Assembly: GCF_008065095.1 (NCBI RefSeq)
Contig: NZ_CP042911.1
Coordinates: forward strand, 7,980,001 to 8,012,000
From: Gemmata obscuriglobus
GTDB taxonomy: Bacteria > Planctomycetota > Planctomycetia > Gemmatales > Gemmataceae
Length of the DNA stretch: 32,000 bases
Direction of reading: 5' to 3'
The position numbers were made by a program, and so were the translations under genes. Position 1 is the stretch's first letter. Every line of letters starts with the position of its first letter. Of this stretch, positions 9,161 through 18,661 are shown one piece after another. The notes under the pieces are model-generated. The model ran no database searches, had not been told where the DNA came from, and saw only the letters and a program-made list of their open reading frames with translations.

Positions 9161-9555
9161 CCGAGCGCGTTGAAGCCGGCAAACGGTTCCTCGCGCAACT
9201 GTCCGCGGTCGGGTTCCCGATCGCGGTGGCGTTTTGGGCGCGGCCGAGCGACGAGCAGTGGTTCCTCTACTTGGCGTCACCGGTCGTTGACGAAAAGGGT
9301 GGGCACGAGGCGTACCGCGATCTCACGTTGCACGAGCGCCGATTTGACAACGTAGGTCTCGATCCGTTCGAGGTGCGGCTCGTGTCCCCGTCCGACACGA
9401 TGGCGGTTGCGGCGGCCAAGCTGATCGAGCCGAAGCCGTGGCAGCCGAAGCCGTCCCCGTTCATGACCCGGTTCGATGGCTCGCGCCTCGGCGGGATCGA
9501 TGTCGAGGGCGTTCTCGTATACCCGGCTCTCGCCTCGACCGTACCCGGGGCGTAG
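9139..9555 (+). CDS. Hypothetical protein, overlapping partner of the HEPN gene
   Basis: ORF of up to 138 aa starting at GTG 9139. An in-frame GTG at 9157 overlaps the HEPN stop as GTGA, suggesting translational coupling. No nucleotidyltransferase (GS..D.D) motif seen. Confidence 0.5.
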   Translation: MDQDALVTERVEAGKRFLAQLSAVGFPIAVAFWARPSDEQWFLYLASPVVDEKGGHEAYRDLTLHERRFDNVGLDPFEVRLVSPSDTMAVAAAKLIEPKPWQPKPSPFMTRFDGSRLGGIDVEGVLVYPALASTVPGA

Positions 9556-9583
9556 CGGCCCGCGGGGGTGCTACAATCAGGGC

Positions 9584-11434
9584 ATGAGCACGCGCCGCGT
9601 CCTTCTGGTCCAACTGCCGATCCCGCCCCTCGGCCCGGCCCCCATCCGGGGAAACGTGCCGCTCGCCGGGGCGTACCTCAAGCTGTACGCCGAAACCCGC
9701 GGGCTCGGCGCCGATTACGACATCGAGGTGTTCCCGGCGCCGCTCGCCAACACGCTCGGCGACCGCGCGCTGGCCGAGGCGCTCGCCGCCCGCGGGCCGT
9801 GGCTCGTCGGTTTCACCTGCTACCTCTGGAACGTCGAACGCACCCTCTGGGTCGCGCGCGAGCTGAAGCGGCTCCGGCCCGGCGTGAAGGTGCTGGTCGG
9901 CGGGCCGGAGATCACCACCGACAACGCCTGGGTGCTCGGCTCGGCCGACTACGACTTCGCGGCGGTGGGCGAGGGCGAGCAGACGTTCGCCGCGCTGCTC
10001 CTCGGGCTGCTCGGCGGGGAGGACGTGCCCCCGGTCCGCATCGACGGGCTGTACGTTCCGCCCGGCGCGGGCGAGCGGTTCCGCCCCGAACTGGCGCCGA
10101 AGTTCCGCACCCCGCTCCCCGACCTCGACCGGCTCGGGTCGCCGTACCTCGCGGGCGTCCTCGACGCCGCCGACGAGCGCATGCTGCTGCTCGAAACGAC
10201 CCGCGGGTGCGTGTTCAACTGCAAGTTCTGCTACTACCCCAAGAGCTACGACAAGCAGTACTACCTCTCCACCGACCTCGTGAGCGCCAGCCTCGCGCAC
10301 GCCCGCACCCGCGGCGCCGAGGAGGTGTTCCTGCTCGACCCCACCCTGAACCAGCGGAAGGACTTCGCCGAGTTCGTCCGGCTGCTCGCGCGGGGCAACC
10401 CCGGGCGCAAGTTCAAGTACTTCGGCGAGTTGCGGGCCGAGGGGATCACCCCCGAAATCGCGTCCCTGTTGGCCGAAGCCGGGTTCACGGAGGTGGAGGT
10501 CGGGCTCCAGTCGGTCGAGCGTGACGCGATGGACCTGATGGCCCGCCGGAACAACCTGAAGGCGTTCGAGAAGGGCGTCCGCGCGCTGATCGACGCGGGA
10601 ATCAGCGTCACGGTGGACCTGATCGTCGGGCTGCCCGGCGACACGGAGGAGTCGGTGCGCCGCGGGTTCCGCTACCTGCGCGACGGCGGGCTGTACTCGC
10701 GCGCGCAGGTGTTCAACCTCGCGGTGCTGCCCGGCACGGCGTTCCGCCACGAGGCCGGCGAACTCGGGCTGCACTTCCAGCCGCGCCCGCCGTACTACGT
10801 GCTCCGCACGCCCACGCTCGACCGCGCCGCGCTGCTCGGGCTCATGCACGAGGCGCAGGACGTGTTCGACGTGGAGTTCGACGCCGCCCCGCCGCCGGTG
10901 CTCGACTTCGGCCCGCACGACCGGACCCGCGTGTGGCGGGTCGACCTCGACGGCCCCCGCGACACCGCCCCGGCCCCGGCCGAGCGGGCGCAGGCGCTCA
11001 CGCTCTGGTTCCGCGCCGCCGACCTGCCCCGGCACAGCGCCGAAATCGCGCGCCTGATCCGCCAGTCGCTCGACGTGAACCCGTATACGACGCTACAGGT
11101 GGTGCTCGAGCCGTCCGCGCCCGATGCCGAATCGGTGCAGCGCGTGCTCGGCCCCGCGCTCCTGAACGCGCTCCTGGCGGCGTGCCTGGAGAACCCGACG
11201 TACCTCGACAAGTTCTACGCACTGCTCCCCGGGCGCCCCAACGGCGCGAAGCGGCTCGTGGTGCTGCTCCCGCTTGAGGCGCGCGAAGCGACAGACCCGG
11301 ACGCGGTGGCCGAAGCGGGGGCGTTTGCGTCGGTGGTGTGGCGCGGGGCGGCGGGTGCGGCCGAACCCGACGACCTCGAACCGCACGAGTACGTGTGGGC
11401 CGCCACTCCGATCGCCCAGCCCGTGGGCGGGTAG
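9584..11434 (+). CDS. B12-binding domain-containing radical SAM protein with long C-terminal extension
   Basis: ATG 9584 (MSTRRVLLVQLPIPP...). N-terminal B12-binding-like region (VGFTCYLWN...VLVGGPEIT). Radical SAM cluster motif RGCVFNCKFCYY (CxxxCxxC). About 200 aa of Ala/Pro-rich C-terminal domain. Confidence 0.85.
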   Translation: MSTRRVLLVQLPIPPLGPAPIRGNVPLAGAYLKLYAETRGLGADYDIEVFPAPLANTLGDRALAEALAARGPWLVGFTCYLWNVERTLWVARELKRLRPGVKVLVGGPEITTDNAWVLGSADYDFAAVGEGEQTFAALLLGLLGGEDVPPVRIDGLYVPPGAGERFRPELAPKFRTPLPDLDRLGSPYLAGVLDAADERMLLLETTRGCVFNCKFCYYPKSYDKQYYLSTDLVSASLAHARTRGAEEVFLLDPTLNQRKDFAEFVRLLARGNPGRKFKYFGELRAEGITPEIASLLAEAGFTEVEVGLQSVERDAMDLMARRNNLKAFEKGVRALIDAGISVTVDLIVGLPGDTEESVRRGFRYLRDGGLYSRAQVFNLAVLPGTAFRHEAGELGLHFQPRPPYYVLRTPTLDRAALLGLMHEAQDVFDVEFDAAPPPVLDFGPHDRTRVWRVDLDGPRDTAPAPAERAQALTLWFRAADLPRHSAEIARLIRQSLDVNPYTTLQVVLEPSAPDAESVQRVLGPALLNALLAACLENPTYLDKFYALLPGRPNGAKRLVVLLPLEAREATDPDAVAEAGAFASVVWRGAAGAAEPDDLEPHEYVWAATPIAQPVGG

Positions 11435-11602
11435 CGCCGCGTTCGCCGGGTGCGAGTACGGGCGGGCGTCCGCACCTCGCCAAGACCGGGCGAATGGGAG
11501 CGGTTGAAAATGAAGGAGCCCCGCGACACTGGCGCCGCGGGGCTCTGGGAGAGAAGCAAGTTCGAGCGGGCCTTCATCGCGTGGCCCCTGCCACGCGGCG
11601 GC

Positions 11603-11710
11603 TCAGTCGGAGTTGCTTCCGTCGAGCCACAAGTCGGTGTCGTCTCCGTGCGGGCACCCGTCGTCGGCCATGCGGTTCAGTTCGTCGCGGTCCAGTGCGA
11701 TGGTTTGCAT
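11603..11710 (-). CDS. Candidate small acidic ORF (35 aa)
   Basis: Found by hand and below the ORF-track cut-off. ATG at 11710 is preceded by AAGAGGG about 7 nt upstream. Translation: MQTIALDRDELNRMADDGCPHGDDTDLWLDGSNSD. No family recognised. Confidence 0.25.
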   Translation of the reverse strand: MQTIALDRDELNRMADDGCPHGDDTDLWLDGSNSD

Positions 11711-12222
11711 GCTTCAGCCCTCTTGGCTTTGGCGGGTGGAGGCGATGCGTGTGATTAAGCAGCGGCCGTGCCACAACGGCGTGCGGATTTTCCCGGCCGA
11801 GACTTGAGGGCTTTTCGGTGTGCGCGGCGCGGTTTGTTTCGCGCCACGGACCGGCTCCGGCGCTCGGCGTAGCAGTCTGGGGCGGGGCGCGATTTTGGGC
11901 CGCGGCGTGCTTTACAAAGCCGGTTTTTGAGGCGGGTAGGAACTACAACTCGTTGTAATCGGCGGACGCAAAAGTTACCGGCCGCTGTCCAAATTTTGCC
12001 AGAGATTGGAAGAGCTGCTCGTCGCGAAATCCGAACGCGTCGATTGTGGCTCGCTTGCGCATGGCTCGTTGGCGGCCGCCGCGAATAAGTGGCGCAAAAC
12101 CCGTTGGCCCGCCGGCCGGGGCGGTTTGCGTAGCATCGCCCGCCTGCGTCAGCAGGTAGGGGAGCGTACAACAGCGAACGGGAAACACCAGAATCGAGCC
12201 TGAAACTTGGAGCGGCCGGGTT

Positions 12223-12326
12223 TATTACGGCGGCGCGTTAGATAAGCAGAGCCGAATCGCTGGAAATCGCAGGGAATTACTACCGGGCCGCTGCCATTAA
12301 TGCGTATCTTGCGCGCCGCCGTAATA
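12223..12326. repeat. 15-bp perfect inverted repeat flanking a 74-nt lower-GC segment
   Basis: tattacggcggcgcg (12223-12237) is the exact reverse complement of cgcgccgccgtaata (12312-12326). It lies in a stretch with no convincing gene. Confidence 0.5.
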
Positions 12327-12603
12327 CCAACAACTCGCGGAACGGATCGGCGCCTCGAAGGCGGCCCGAGCGGTCGGTGCGGCCAACAGGAAGAACCCGA
12401 TCTCGATCATCAGCCCCCGCCACCGGGTAATCGGTTCGTCCGGCGCGTTGACCGGCTTCACCGGCGGCCTCGCGACCAAGCAGATGCTGTTCGAACTGGA
12501 AGGCTGCCGGTGACGCCTCCGGCGTGTTCGCCCTTCCCGCACCCGTTGCGGTGCCTCGGGCAGCTTAGAGCTGCGCCACCGGGACGGTGACCTGTTCGCC
12601 TAC

Positions 12604-14511
12604 CTACTCCAGTGCCGCCGCGCCAACGCGAAGCGACCGGGCGATGAACATGAACAGGGGGCGAAGTTCCTCCATCCGGTATTCCAAAGCGGTACAAACG
12701 AGCACAGCCATGCTCCCGCTATCGGCGATGGCGAACGCGATTTGACGTTCGCGCGGCAGCAGACGGTCGCTGTACTCACACACGGCAGAATCAGGGCCGG
12801 CCAGCACGGTTGGCCGGCGCGTGATTACATCGAACGTGTAATCGCCGTCGCGCTGAAGCCAACTCCGAAGGCCGTCCTCAGCCGAAGTCGCAGCGCAAAC
12901 CTCCAGTGCGATTCTGGCCGGTGTGGTACCTGTGGTTCGCGTGGCATCGGCCGGATCCCAGCCGTCTTCTTGTAACTCAAACCCGAACGGATCGGAATGC
13001 TCTTGTGGCTTGTCCCACCCCACGGGCACCAACACGGATGCGAATCCAGCTACGACGCGCCGGTGAAAAGTCAGCGCTGTGTTCGGCGACCACGCCACAA
13101 CCGTATCCGAAATGATCTTTGCGGCCGGCAGTTGATGCGCGAGCGTTAGTGCCCCGGTCGCGGTAACGGCCGACTCACTGATATGCAGTGTGCGAAGGCT
13201 TCGCAGCGTGCGGAGGTGGCCCAGCGCACAATCCGTCACGGCCGGCCCGGTCAGCTTCAGCCAGCACAGGTTCGTGAGTTGCGCGAGATGCCGGAACTCT
13301 GAATCACCCTCGCCGAACAAAGACAGTGTCAATGTCCGCAGCGTCCGCAACGGTCCGATGTACTCAAGCGCCCAAGGAGGAATTGGGTGCAGTGTGAGCT
13401 TTTCAAGTTCCAGCAACCCAGTTAATTCGGCGAGGTCGGTGCCACTAATGTGCTGACCCCAAAACAGCATCAGTTCCAGCGAGCGAAGTCGGTGCAACGC
13501 AGCGAGGCGCCGAAGCGTTTGCCCACCGATTTCGCACCAATCCAGTTTCAACCGGCGCAGGTTCGTGAGCTTCTCCAACCCCGCGGTGCCGGTATCGTTG
13601 ACAACGGCACGCCGCTCGGTGCCCGCTTCTGCTGTGATTACAAGCTCCGTTAGGTTGGGGCACGCCGTCAGTGGAGCGATCGAATCGACCGGGCACGAAT
13701 CGATCTCCAGCGTCTTCAACTTTGAGAGTCGGGGAAGATGGTACAAGCCAGCCGTGGTGACATCGCCGTTGGCGATACGAACGTGCTCCACTTCTCTAAT
13801 TGACGTGAACACCCGAAGTTCGTCATCGGTAGGCGAAACGTCGAGGGACTTCACGAGTTCGCAGGGGCGCGGCAGATGGTAGCTCGAGAACCGAAGCGCT
13901 CGGATCGCCCCACCGCGCTGTTCGTCGGGCGGCAGTTGTTCGAACCGCGCGAGCCGACGTGCGCGGAACGCCAGCCATGCCTCATTGCCGCAAGTACGGG
14001 TGCAAAGCCTCAGAAAAACCCAGGGTGGTAGCGATTCGAGTGCGTTCAAAACCGTGACGTTGATTTCCGCCTCAGTAATCAGGAGGACGTCCAAGTGCCC
14101 CAGTGCGATGATTAACGCCAACACCGATGGCGTCAGCTCGCACTGGCCTTCTAGGGCTAGCAATCGGATTGTGGGCAGTTGGCGGAGAATCGACAGTTCT
14201 TCCTCCGTAGCGTCTCGGATGGTCAACTCGGTCGGGAACCCGCGCTCGAAACGCAGTTGCACCTTCTCCGGATCGAGTGGCCCGATCTCTGCCGTCCATC
14301 TCTGAAAATTTGTGGCGAGAAGCTCGTCCGTACGGTTCTTAAGCCGCCCGGCCTCGTCGCTCCGTAGGCGTGACCATTCGACCTGCGCGCGGATGAACTC
14401 CGCGCGCTCGGGCCGGTCGTGCTCGTCGAGCCAGTCGGCGTAAGCGAGGCGCGGGTCGTCGTCGTCGGGGTTCGCGTGGATCGCGGCCAGCAGCGCGTCT
14501 TCTTCGCTCAT
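12604..14511 (-). CDS. TIGR02996 domain protein with leucine-rich repeats
   Basis: ATG 14511 with GGGAG upstream. The N-terminus MSEEDALLAAIHANPDDDDPRLAYADWLDEHDRPERAEFIRAQVEW is the Gemmata-type repeat-companion motif. The central region is LRR-like (LRSLRTLHIS, LTNLCWLKLTG, LRTLRTLTLS, LEKLTLHP, LRSLELML, LTNLRRLKLDW, LSKLKTLEIDS). The ORF-track extension up to 15453 is Arg/Gly-rich shadow sequence. Confidence 0.8.
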   Translation of the reverse strand: MSEEDALLAAIHANPDDDDPRLAYADWLDEHDRPERAEFIRAQVEWSRLRSDEAGRLKNRTDELLATNFQRWTAEIGPLDPEKVQLRFERGFPTELTIRDATEEELSILRQLPTIRLLALEGQCELTPSVLALIIALGHLDVLLITEAEINVTVLNALESLPPWVFLRLCTRTCGNEAWLAFRARRLARFEQLPPDEQRGGAIRALRFSSYHLPRPCELVKSLDVSPTDDELRVFTSIREVEHVRIANGDVTTAGLYHLPRLSKLKTLEIDSCPVDSIAPLTACPNLTELVITAEAGTERRAVVNDTGTAGLEKLTNLRRLKLDWCEIGGQTLRRLAALHRLRSLELMLFWGQHISGTDLAELTGLLELEKLTLHPIPPWALEYIGPLRTLRTLTLSLFGEGDSEFRHLAQLTNLCWLKLTGPAVTDCALGHLRTLRSLRTLHISESAVTATGALTLAHQLPAAKIISDTVVAWSPNTALTFHRRVVAGFASVLVPVGWDKPQEHSDPFGFELQEDGWDPADATRTTGTTPARIALEVCAATSAEDGLRSWLQRDGDYTFDVITRRPTVLAGPDSAVCEYSDRLLPRERQIAFAIADSGSMAVLVCTALEYRMEELRPLFMFIARSLRVGAAALE

Positions 14512-14619
14512 CGCGGGCTCCCATTCATTTCGCGATAGCTTACCGCCGATCCTGGTCGACGCGAACGCGCGTTGCGGAATGCGATCGCTAGGCGGCCGGG
14601 GGCGGTTTAGCATGACGGC

Positions 14620-15468
14620 ATGTTCACCGACGACGACGTTGCGTTCCAGCGGGCGCTCCTCGCGAACCCGGCCGACACCACGCTGAAGCTCGTGTACGCC
14701 GACTGGCTCCAGGACCGCGCCGACCCGCGGGCCGAGTTCGTCCGGCTCCAGGTCCAGCTCGCCGGGCTGATCGATTCGTCTGCCGGGCCGCAAGCGGCCG
14801 GGGTGTTCGGCACCCTGGGGGACGAGTTCGAGCCGGCGTGGACCGCGTTCATGACCACGCTCGCGCAGCCGTTCGCCCCGGTGCGGTTCCAGCACGACGA
14901 CCCGCCGCACCCGTTCGCCGAAGCGGTCGGCACCCGCGGCCGGGTGGTCACGTTCGGGTCGCAGTTCTGCGCCCCCGACGAGTGGGACGAGGGGCTGCTC
15001 GCGGACCTCGCGTTCCTGACGGGCGTCGAGTGGGGCGAGTGCTGCTACGGCGCCGCGGACTGCCCGATGTACGGGTTCGTGTGCCAACTGGAGCCGGGCC
15101 GGCACCCGCTCACCGGGCGCGACGTGATCGACGCGGTCCGCGCCGGCGGCTTCCGCAGCGACCACATCGACACGCTGGACGCGACCGCGATCCCGTACCC
15201 GGGCTACCACCCGCACACGCTCAACGACGAGGTCCACACCGATTTCGCCGACCAGTGCCTGTTCAACCACGAGACGGCCGGGGCGGAGGACGCGGGGGCG
15301 CACGGCGCGCTGAAGGGGTACGTGCGCGGGCGGCTCTGGTACGTCCTGCTCCACGCCGGCGGCTGGCCGTGCGGCGAGGTGACGCTGCTCGCGGTCGGGC
15401 ACTCGCCGCACGGGGACCGGCTCGTCGGCGCGATCACCAGTCAGGTGTGCCACAACCTGTGCGATTGA
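14620..15468 (+). CDS. TIGR02996 domain protein (282 aa)
   Basis: The N-terminus MFTDDDVAFQRALLANPADTTLKLVYADWLQDRADPRAEFVRLQVQL carries the same motif as the divergent neighbour. I do not recognise the C-terminal domain. Confidence 0.8.
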   Translation: MFTDDDVAFQRALLANPADTTLKLVYADWLQDRADPRAEFVRLQVQLAGLIDSSAGPQAAGVFGTLGDEFEPAWTAFMTTLAQPFAPVRFQHDDPPHPFAEAVGTRGRVVTFGSQFCAPDEWDEGLLADLAFLTGVEWGECCYGAADCPMYGFVCQLEPGRHPLTGRDVIDAVRAGGFRSDHIDTLDATAIPYPGYHPHTLNDEVHTDFADQCLFNHETAGAEDAGAHGALKGYVRGRLWYVLLHAGGWPCGEVTLLAVGHSPHGDRLVGAITSQVCHNLCD

Positions 15469-15538
15469 TACCCGTTGGCGGCTCTTGTTCGTTGAGGTGG
15501 CGGTCCCCTCGCTTCGCGTGGTGGGCTTTTCTCGTGGG

Positions 15539-16402
15539 TCACAAGCCCACGATTCGCGCCAGCGCCGACGGGAGCGGCGCTTCCAGTTCGAGGCGCTCCA
15601 GCGTGAACGGGTGGTCGAAGCTCAACCGCCACGCGTGCAGGCCCAGGCGCCGGACGGGGTCGGTCGTCGCGCCGTACATCTTGTCGCCCGCGACCGGGCA
15701 CCCCAGCCCGGCTAGGTGAACGCGGATCTGGTGCTTGCGCCCCGTTTCGATCTCCACTTCCACTAACGAGTAGCCGCCGCGGGTCTGCCGGACCGTGTAA
15801 CGCGACGCCGCGCGTTTCCCGTCCGGCCCGGGGCGCGGGCTCGCGCGCACCCGCAGGTCGCGGCCCTCCGTCAGGTAGTTCTCGACCCCCCCTTCGGACG
15901 ACTCCGGGCGGCCCTCGACCACCGCGAGGTAGGTCTTCGTCAGCTCCTCCCAGTTCCCCTGAAGCTGGTCGCGGACCTCGGCGCTGCGCGCGAAGAGCAG
16001 CAGGCCCGATGTGTCGCGGTCGAGCCGGTGAACCACGAAGGGCCGCCCCGCGTTCCGCGCCCGCAGGTAGTCGCTCAGGCGCACGAACGCGGTGTCGAGC
16101 TTCTCCGACTCGGTCGCCACGGTGAGCAGTCCCGACGGCTTGTCGATCACGACGAGGTGCGCGTCCTCGTGAACGATCTCCAGCCCGGACGCGGACGGCG
16201 GCGCGGGCGGCGCCTCGCGCGCCACGCCTACCTTGTCGGCGGGCCGAACCGTGTGGTCGTGCCGCGTCACGGACGCACCGTTCACGACCACCCGCCCGGA
16301 GCGAAGGAGCTGCTTCACGCGGGTGCGGTTCATCGGCGCGAGCGCCGCCAGCAAGAACTCCAGCATCGGCGTTTCGGAAGCAGGTGGAGACAGGTTCTGC
16401 AT
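15539..16402 (-). CDS. RluA-family 23S/16S rRNA pseudouridine synthase with S4 domain
   Basis: S4-like N-terminus (RVKQLLRSGRVVVNGASV), then HLVVIDKPSGLLTV and the catalytic motif HRLDRDTSGLLLFA, plus GRKHQIRVHLA. Start chosen at ATG 16402 (MQNLSPP...); the longer 16474 start adds non-conserved residues. Confidence 0.85.
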   Translation of the reverse strand: MQNLSPPASETPMLEFLLAALAPMNRTRVKQLLRSGRVVVNGASVTRHDHTVRPADKVGVAREAPPAPPSASGLEIVHEDAHLVVIDKPSGLLTVATESEKLDTAFVRLSDYLRARNAGRPFVVHRLDRDTSGLLLFARSAEVRDQLQGNWEELTKTYLAVVEGRPESSEGGVENYLTEGRDLRVRASPRPGPDGKRAASRYTVRQTRGGYSLVEVEIETGRKHQIRVHLAGLGCPVAGDKMYGATTDPVRRLGLHAWRLSFDHPFTLERLELEAPLPSALARIVGL

Positions 16403-16591
16403 GGGACCATCACGTGCCTGCGGCGCCGCGCACCGGCGCCAGAACGGCGTCGGTGCCACAAGGACAAAAACCAAAGCCTATATCAACAGCCGGCCCCTGA
16501 ACGAGTGCGTTCACCGCCGGGGCTCGTTCTGCAAACGCATTCGCGGCCGCTTCCGATTAGTACTACGCGGAGAGGGGCCGGCGGTCGCGCG

Positions 16592-16785
16592 GAACTGGCG
16601 GCCCTTGGCAAGAAGCCGGGCGAGTGGCAAAAGTTCGTCATCAACTTCCAGGCGCCCAAGTTCGAGGGCGGGAAAAGGTCGCCAACGCCACGTTCGTCAA
16701 GGTGGTGCTCAACGACGTGGTGCGGCACCAGAACGTTGAGACGAAGCGGCGGGCGCCGGGCGGGCTGACAAGATCGCCCCGGTAA
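16592..16785 (+). pseudogene. Frameshifted C-terminal relic of a DUF1080 (3-keto-disaccharide hydrolase-like) gene
   Basis: One frame reads LAALGKKPGEWQKFVINFQAPKFEGGK. After the run gggaaaaggtc (~16670-16680) the continuation KVANATFVKVVLNDVVRHQNVETKRRAPGG is in another frame. Together they resemble the conserved DUF1080 C-terminus (KP.GEWN...F.AP.F...GKK..NA.F.KV..NGV..H.NVE). No N-terminal part is present. Confidence 0.45.
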
Positions 16786-16965
16786 TCGTCAAAAAGTGAA
16801 GCCCGTGGCGGGGGATGAGGGGCCGGCGGCGGTCCGCCCGGAACCGATCGTACCGGTTCCGGGCGGGCCGCCGCCGGCCGCTTTCTGCCCGGCCTTACTG
16901 CCCACGGCCCGCTGCCCATTATACACTGGCTGTAACGCATCCCACCGCCGCCTATCGAGACCGTC

Positions 16966-18114
16966 ATGAGCACCGAAATCGAATACAAACCGGGCCTTGA
17001 GGATGTGCCCGCCGCGAAATCCGCGGTCAGCTTCTTGGACGGCAAAAAGGCGGTGCTGGAGTACCGCGGCATCCCGGTCGAGGTCCTCGCGAAAGAGAGC
17101 AGTTTTGAAGAGGTGTCGTGGCTGCTGGTCAAAGGCGACCTGCCCACCCAGAAGCAGCTCGCCGAGTTCGACCACGACCTGCGCCAGCGCCGGGCCATCC
17201 ACTTCCGCCTCAAAGACCTGATCAAGTGCATGCCCGCCGACGGGCACCCGATGGACGCCCTGCACGCCGGCGTCGCGGCGCTCGGGATGTTCTACCCGTG
17301 CCCGACCGTCAGCAACCCCGCCAAGAACTGGGACGCCACCTGCCGCCTGATCGCCGCGCTGCCCACCCTCGTGGCCGCGTTCGCCCGGGTCCGCCGGGGC
17401 GAGGAGATCCTCGACCCCCGCAGCGACCTGGACCACGCCGGCAACTTCTACTACATGCTGTTCGGCAAGGAGCCGTCGCCCGCCACCCGTAAAGTGCTCG
17501 ACGCGTGCCTCATCCTGCACGCCGAGCACCAGATGAACGCCAGCACGTTCACCGCCCGCGTCACCGGCTCGACCCTGGCGACCCCCTACCACACCATCGC
17601 GTCCGCCATCGGCTCCCTGTCCGGCCCGCTGCACGGCGGCGCGAACGAGGAGGCGCTGCGCCAGTTCGAGGAAATCGGCGGCCCGGAACAGGTGAAGGGC
17701 TGGCTGGACGCCAAGCGTGCGGTCGACTCGAAGTACAAGGTGATGGGCATGGGGCACCGGGTGTACAAGGTGAAGGACGCCCGCGCCACCGTGCTGCAAG
17801 AGATCGCCGAGCACATGTTCGCCGAGACCGCCCGGCCCAAGACCTACGAAACGGCCCTCGAACTGGAGCGGCTCTGCGCCGGGATCTACGGCCCGAAGGG
17901 CATCTACCCGAACGTGGACTTCTATTCGGGCGTGGTGTACCAGTCGCTCGGCATCCCGACCGACGTGTTCACCCCGATCTTCGCCATCGCCCGCGTGAGC
18001 GGGTGGCTCGCCCACTGGACGGAGCAGCTCGTCGGCAACCGCATCTTCCGGCCGGAGCAGATCAGCATCGGCAAGACGGACGTGAAGTACGTGCCGCTGG
18101 AGCAGCGGGCGTAG
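16966..18114 (+). CDS. gltA: Citrate synthase
   Basis: 382 aa. KPGLEDVPAAKSAVSFLDGKKAVLEYRGIPVEVL, ILHAEHQMNASTF, GPLHGGANE, MGMGHRVYKVKDAR and NVDFYSG are hallmark citrate synthase motifs. Confidence 0.92.
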   Translation: MSTEIEYKPGLEDVPAAKSAVSFLDGKKAVLEYRGIPVEVLAKESSFEEVSWLLVKGDLPTQKQLAEFDHDLRQRRAIHFRLKDLIKCMPADGHPMDALHAGVAALGMFYPCPTVSNPAKNWDATCRLIAALPTLVAAFARVRRGEEILDPRSDLDHAGNFYYMLFGKEPSPATRKVLDACLILHAEHQMNASTFTARVTGSTLATPYHTIASAIGSLSGPLHGGANEEALRQFEEIGGPEQVKGWLDAKRAVDSKYKVMGMGHRVYKVKDARATVLQEIAEHMFAETARPKTYETALELERLCAGIYGPKGIYPNVDFYSGVVYQSLGIPTDVFTPIFAIARVSGWLAHWTEQLVGNRIFRPEQISIGKTDVKYVPLEQRA

Positions 18115-18661
18115 TGGGGCACGCCCCGGCGGACCGGGCGCCCGCCCGGTGTGCCCTCCCCGAAAGGAGCACGACCGGCGCCCAGTCGTTTCACGTTCGC
18201 GCAGTGCGATTCGGGCCGTTGAATGTGGTCCGCTCACTCTGTGAGCGGTTGCTCGGCGCGCCCGGTTCGCTCTGCGAGCATGCCGCCCTGCGCGCCTTCC
18301 AACGTCACGGCGCGCCCTCCCGAAGTCGCGCCGCGCGTCCGATCAGCTTCGTGAGCTTGCGGACCCTGTTGCTGGGTGCCACACACATCTGAGGCCCGAG
18401 TATCCGCTCACGGCCTGACCGGGCCGCACTCAAGTCCCGCACCTCCGACACACGCGCGACACAAATTCCGCGCGCGACGGTCGAACTTCACCCGCGACCG
18501 CGGAACAACCGACGTGCCACCTCCGCGGAAGCCGTCGTCACGGGACCGGTGCTGATTTCGGCGTACTGCGAGGCGCTCAAGGTCCACGCCGCGCGCGGCT
18601 CGGCGGGCCGCGTTCGCTGCGCCACGACTGGATTCCCCTTTCACCACCCCGGAATTTCCCC

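Noticed and set aside
12297-12542. The minus-strand ORF segment [29 protein letters not shown], as a relic of a DUF1559/prepilin-type N-terminal methylation domain (FTLIELLVVIAII...LLPAVQ..REAA.R..C).
   Set aside because: The similarity is loose, would need indels, and has no downstream DUF1559 sequence. It is not supportable without a search.
18408-18647. 79-aa minus-strand ORF in the gltA-cas4/cas1 intergenic region, and a small hairpin ccgctcac-tct-gtgagcgg at 18230-18248.
   Set aside because: The ORF is Arg/Ala-rich with no SD or motif. The hairpin has an 8-bp stem but no U-tract and lies 115 nt past the gltA stop, which is too weak to call as a terminator.
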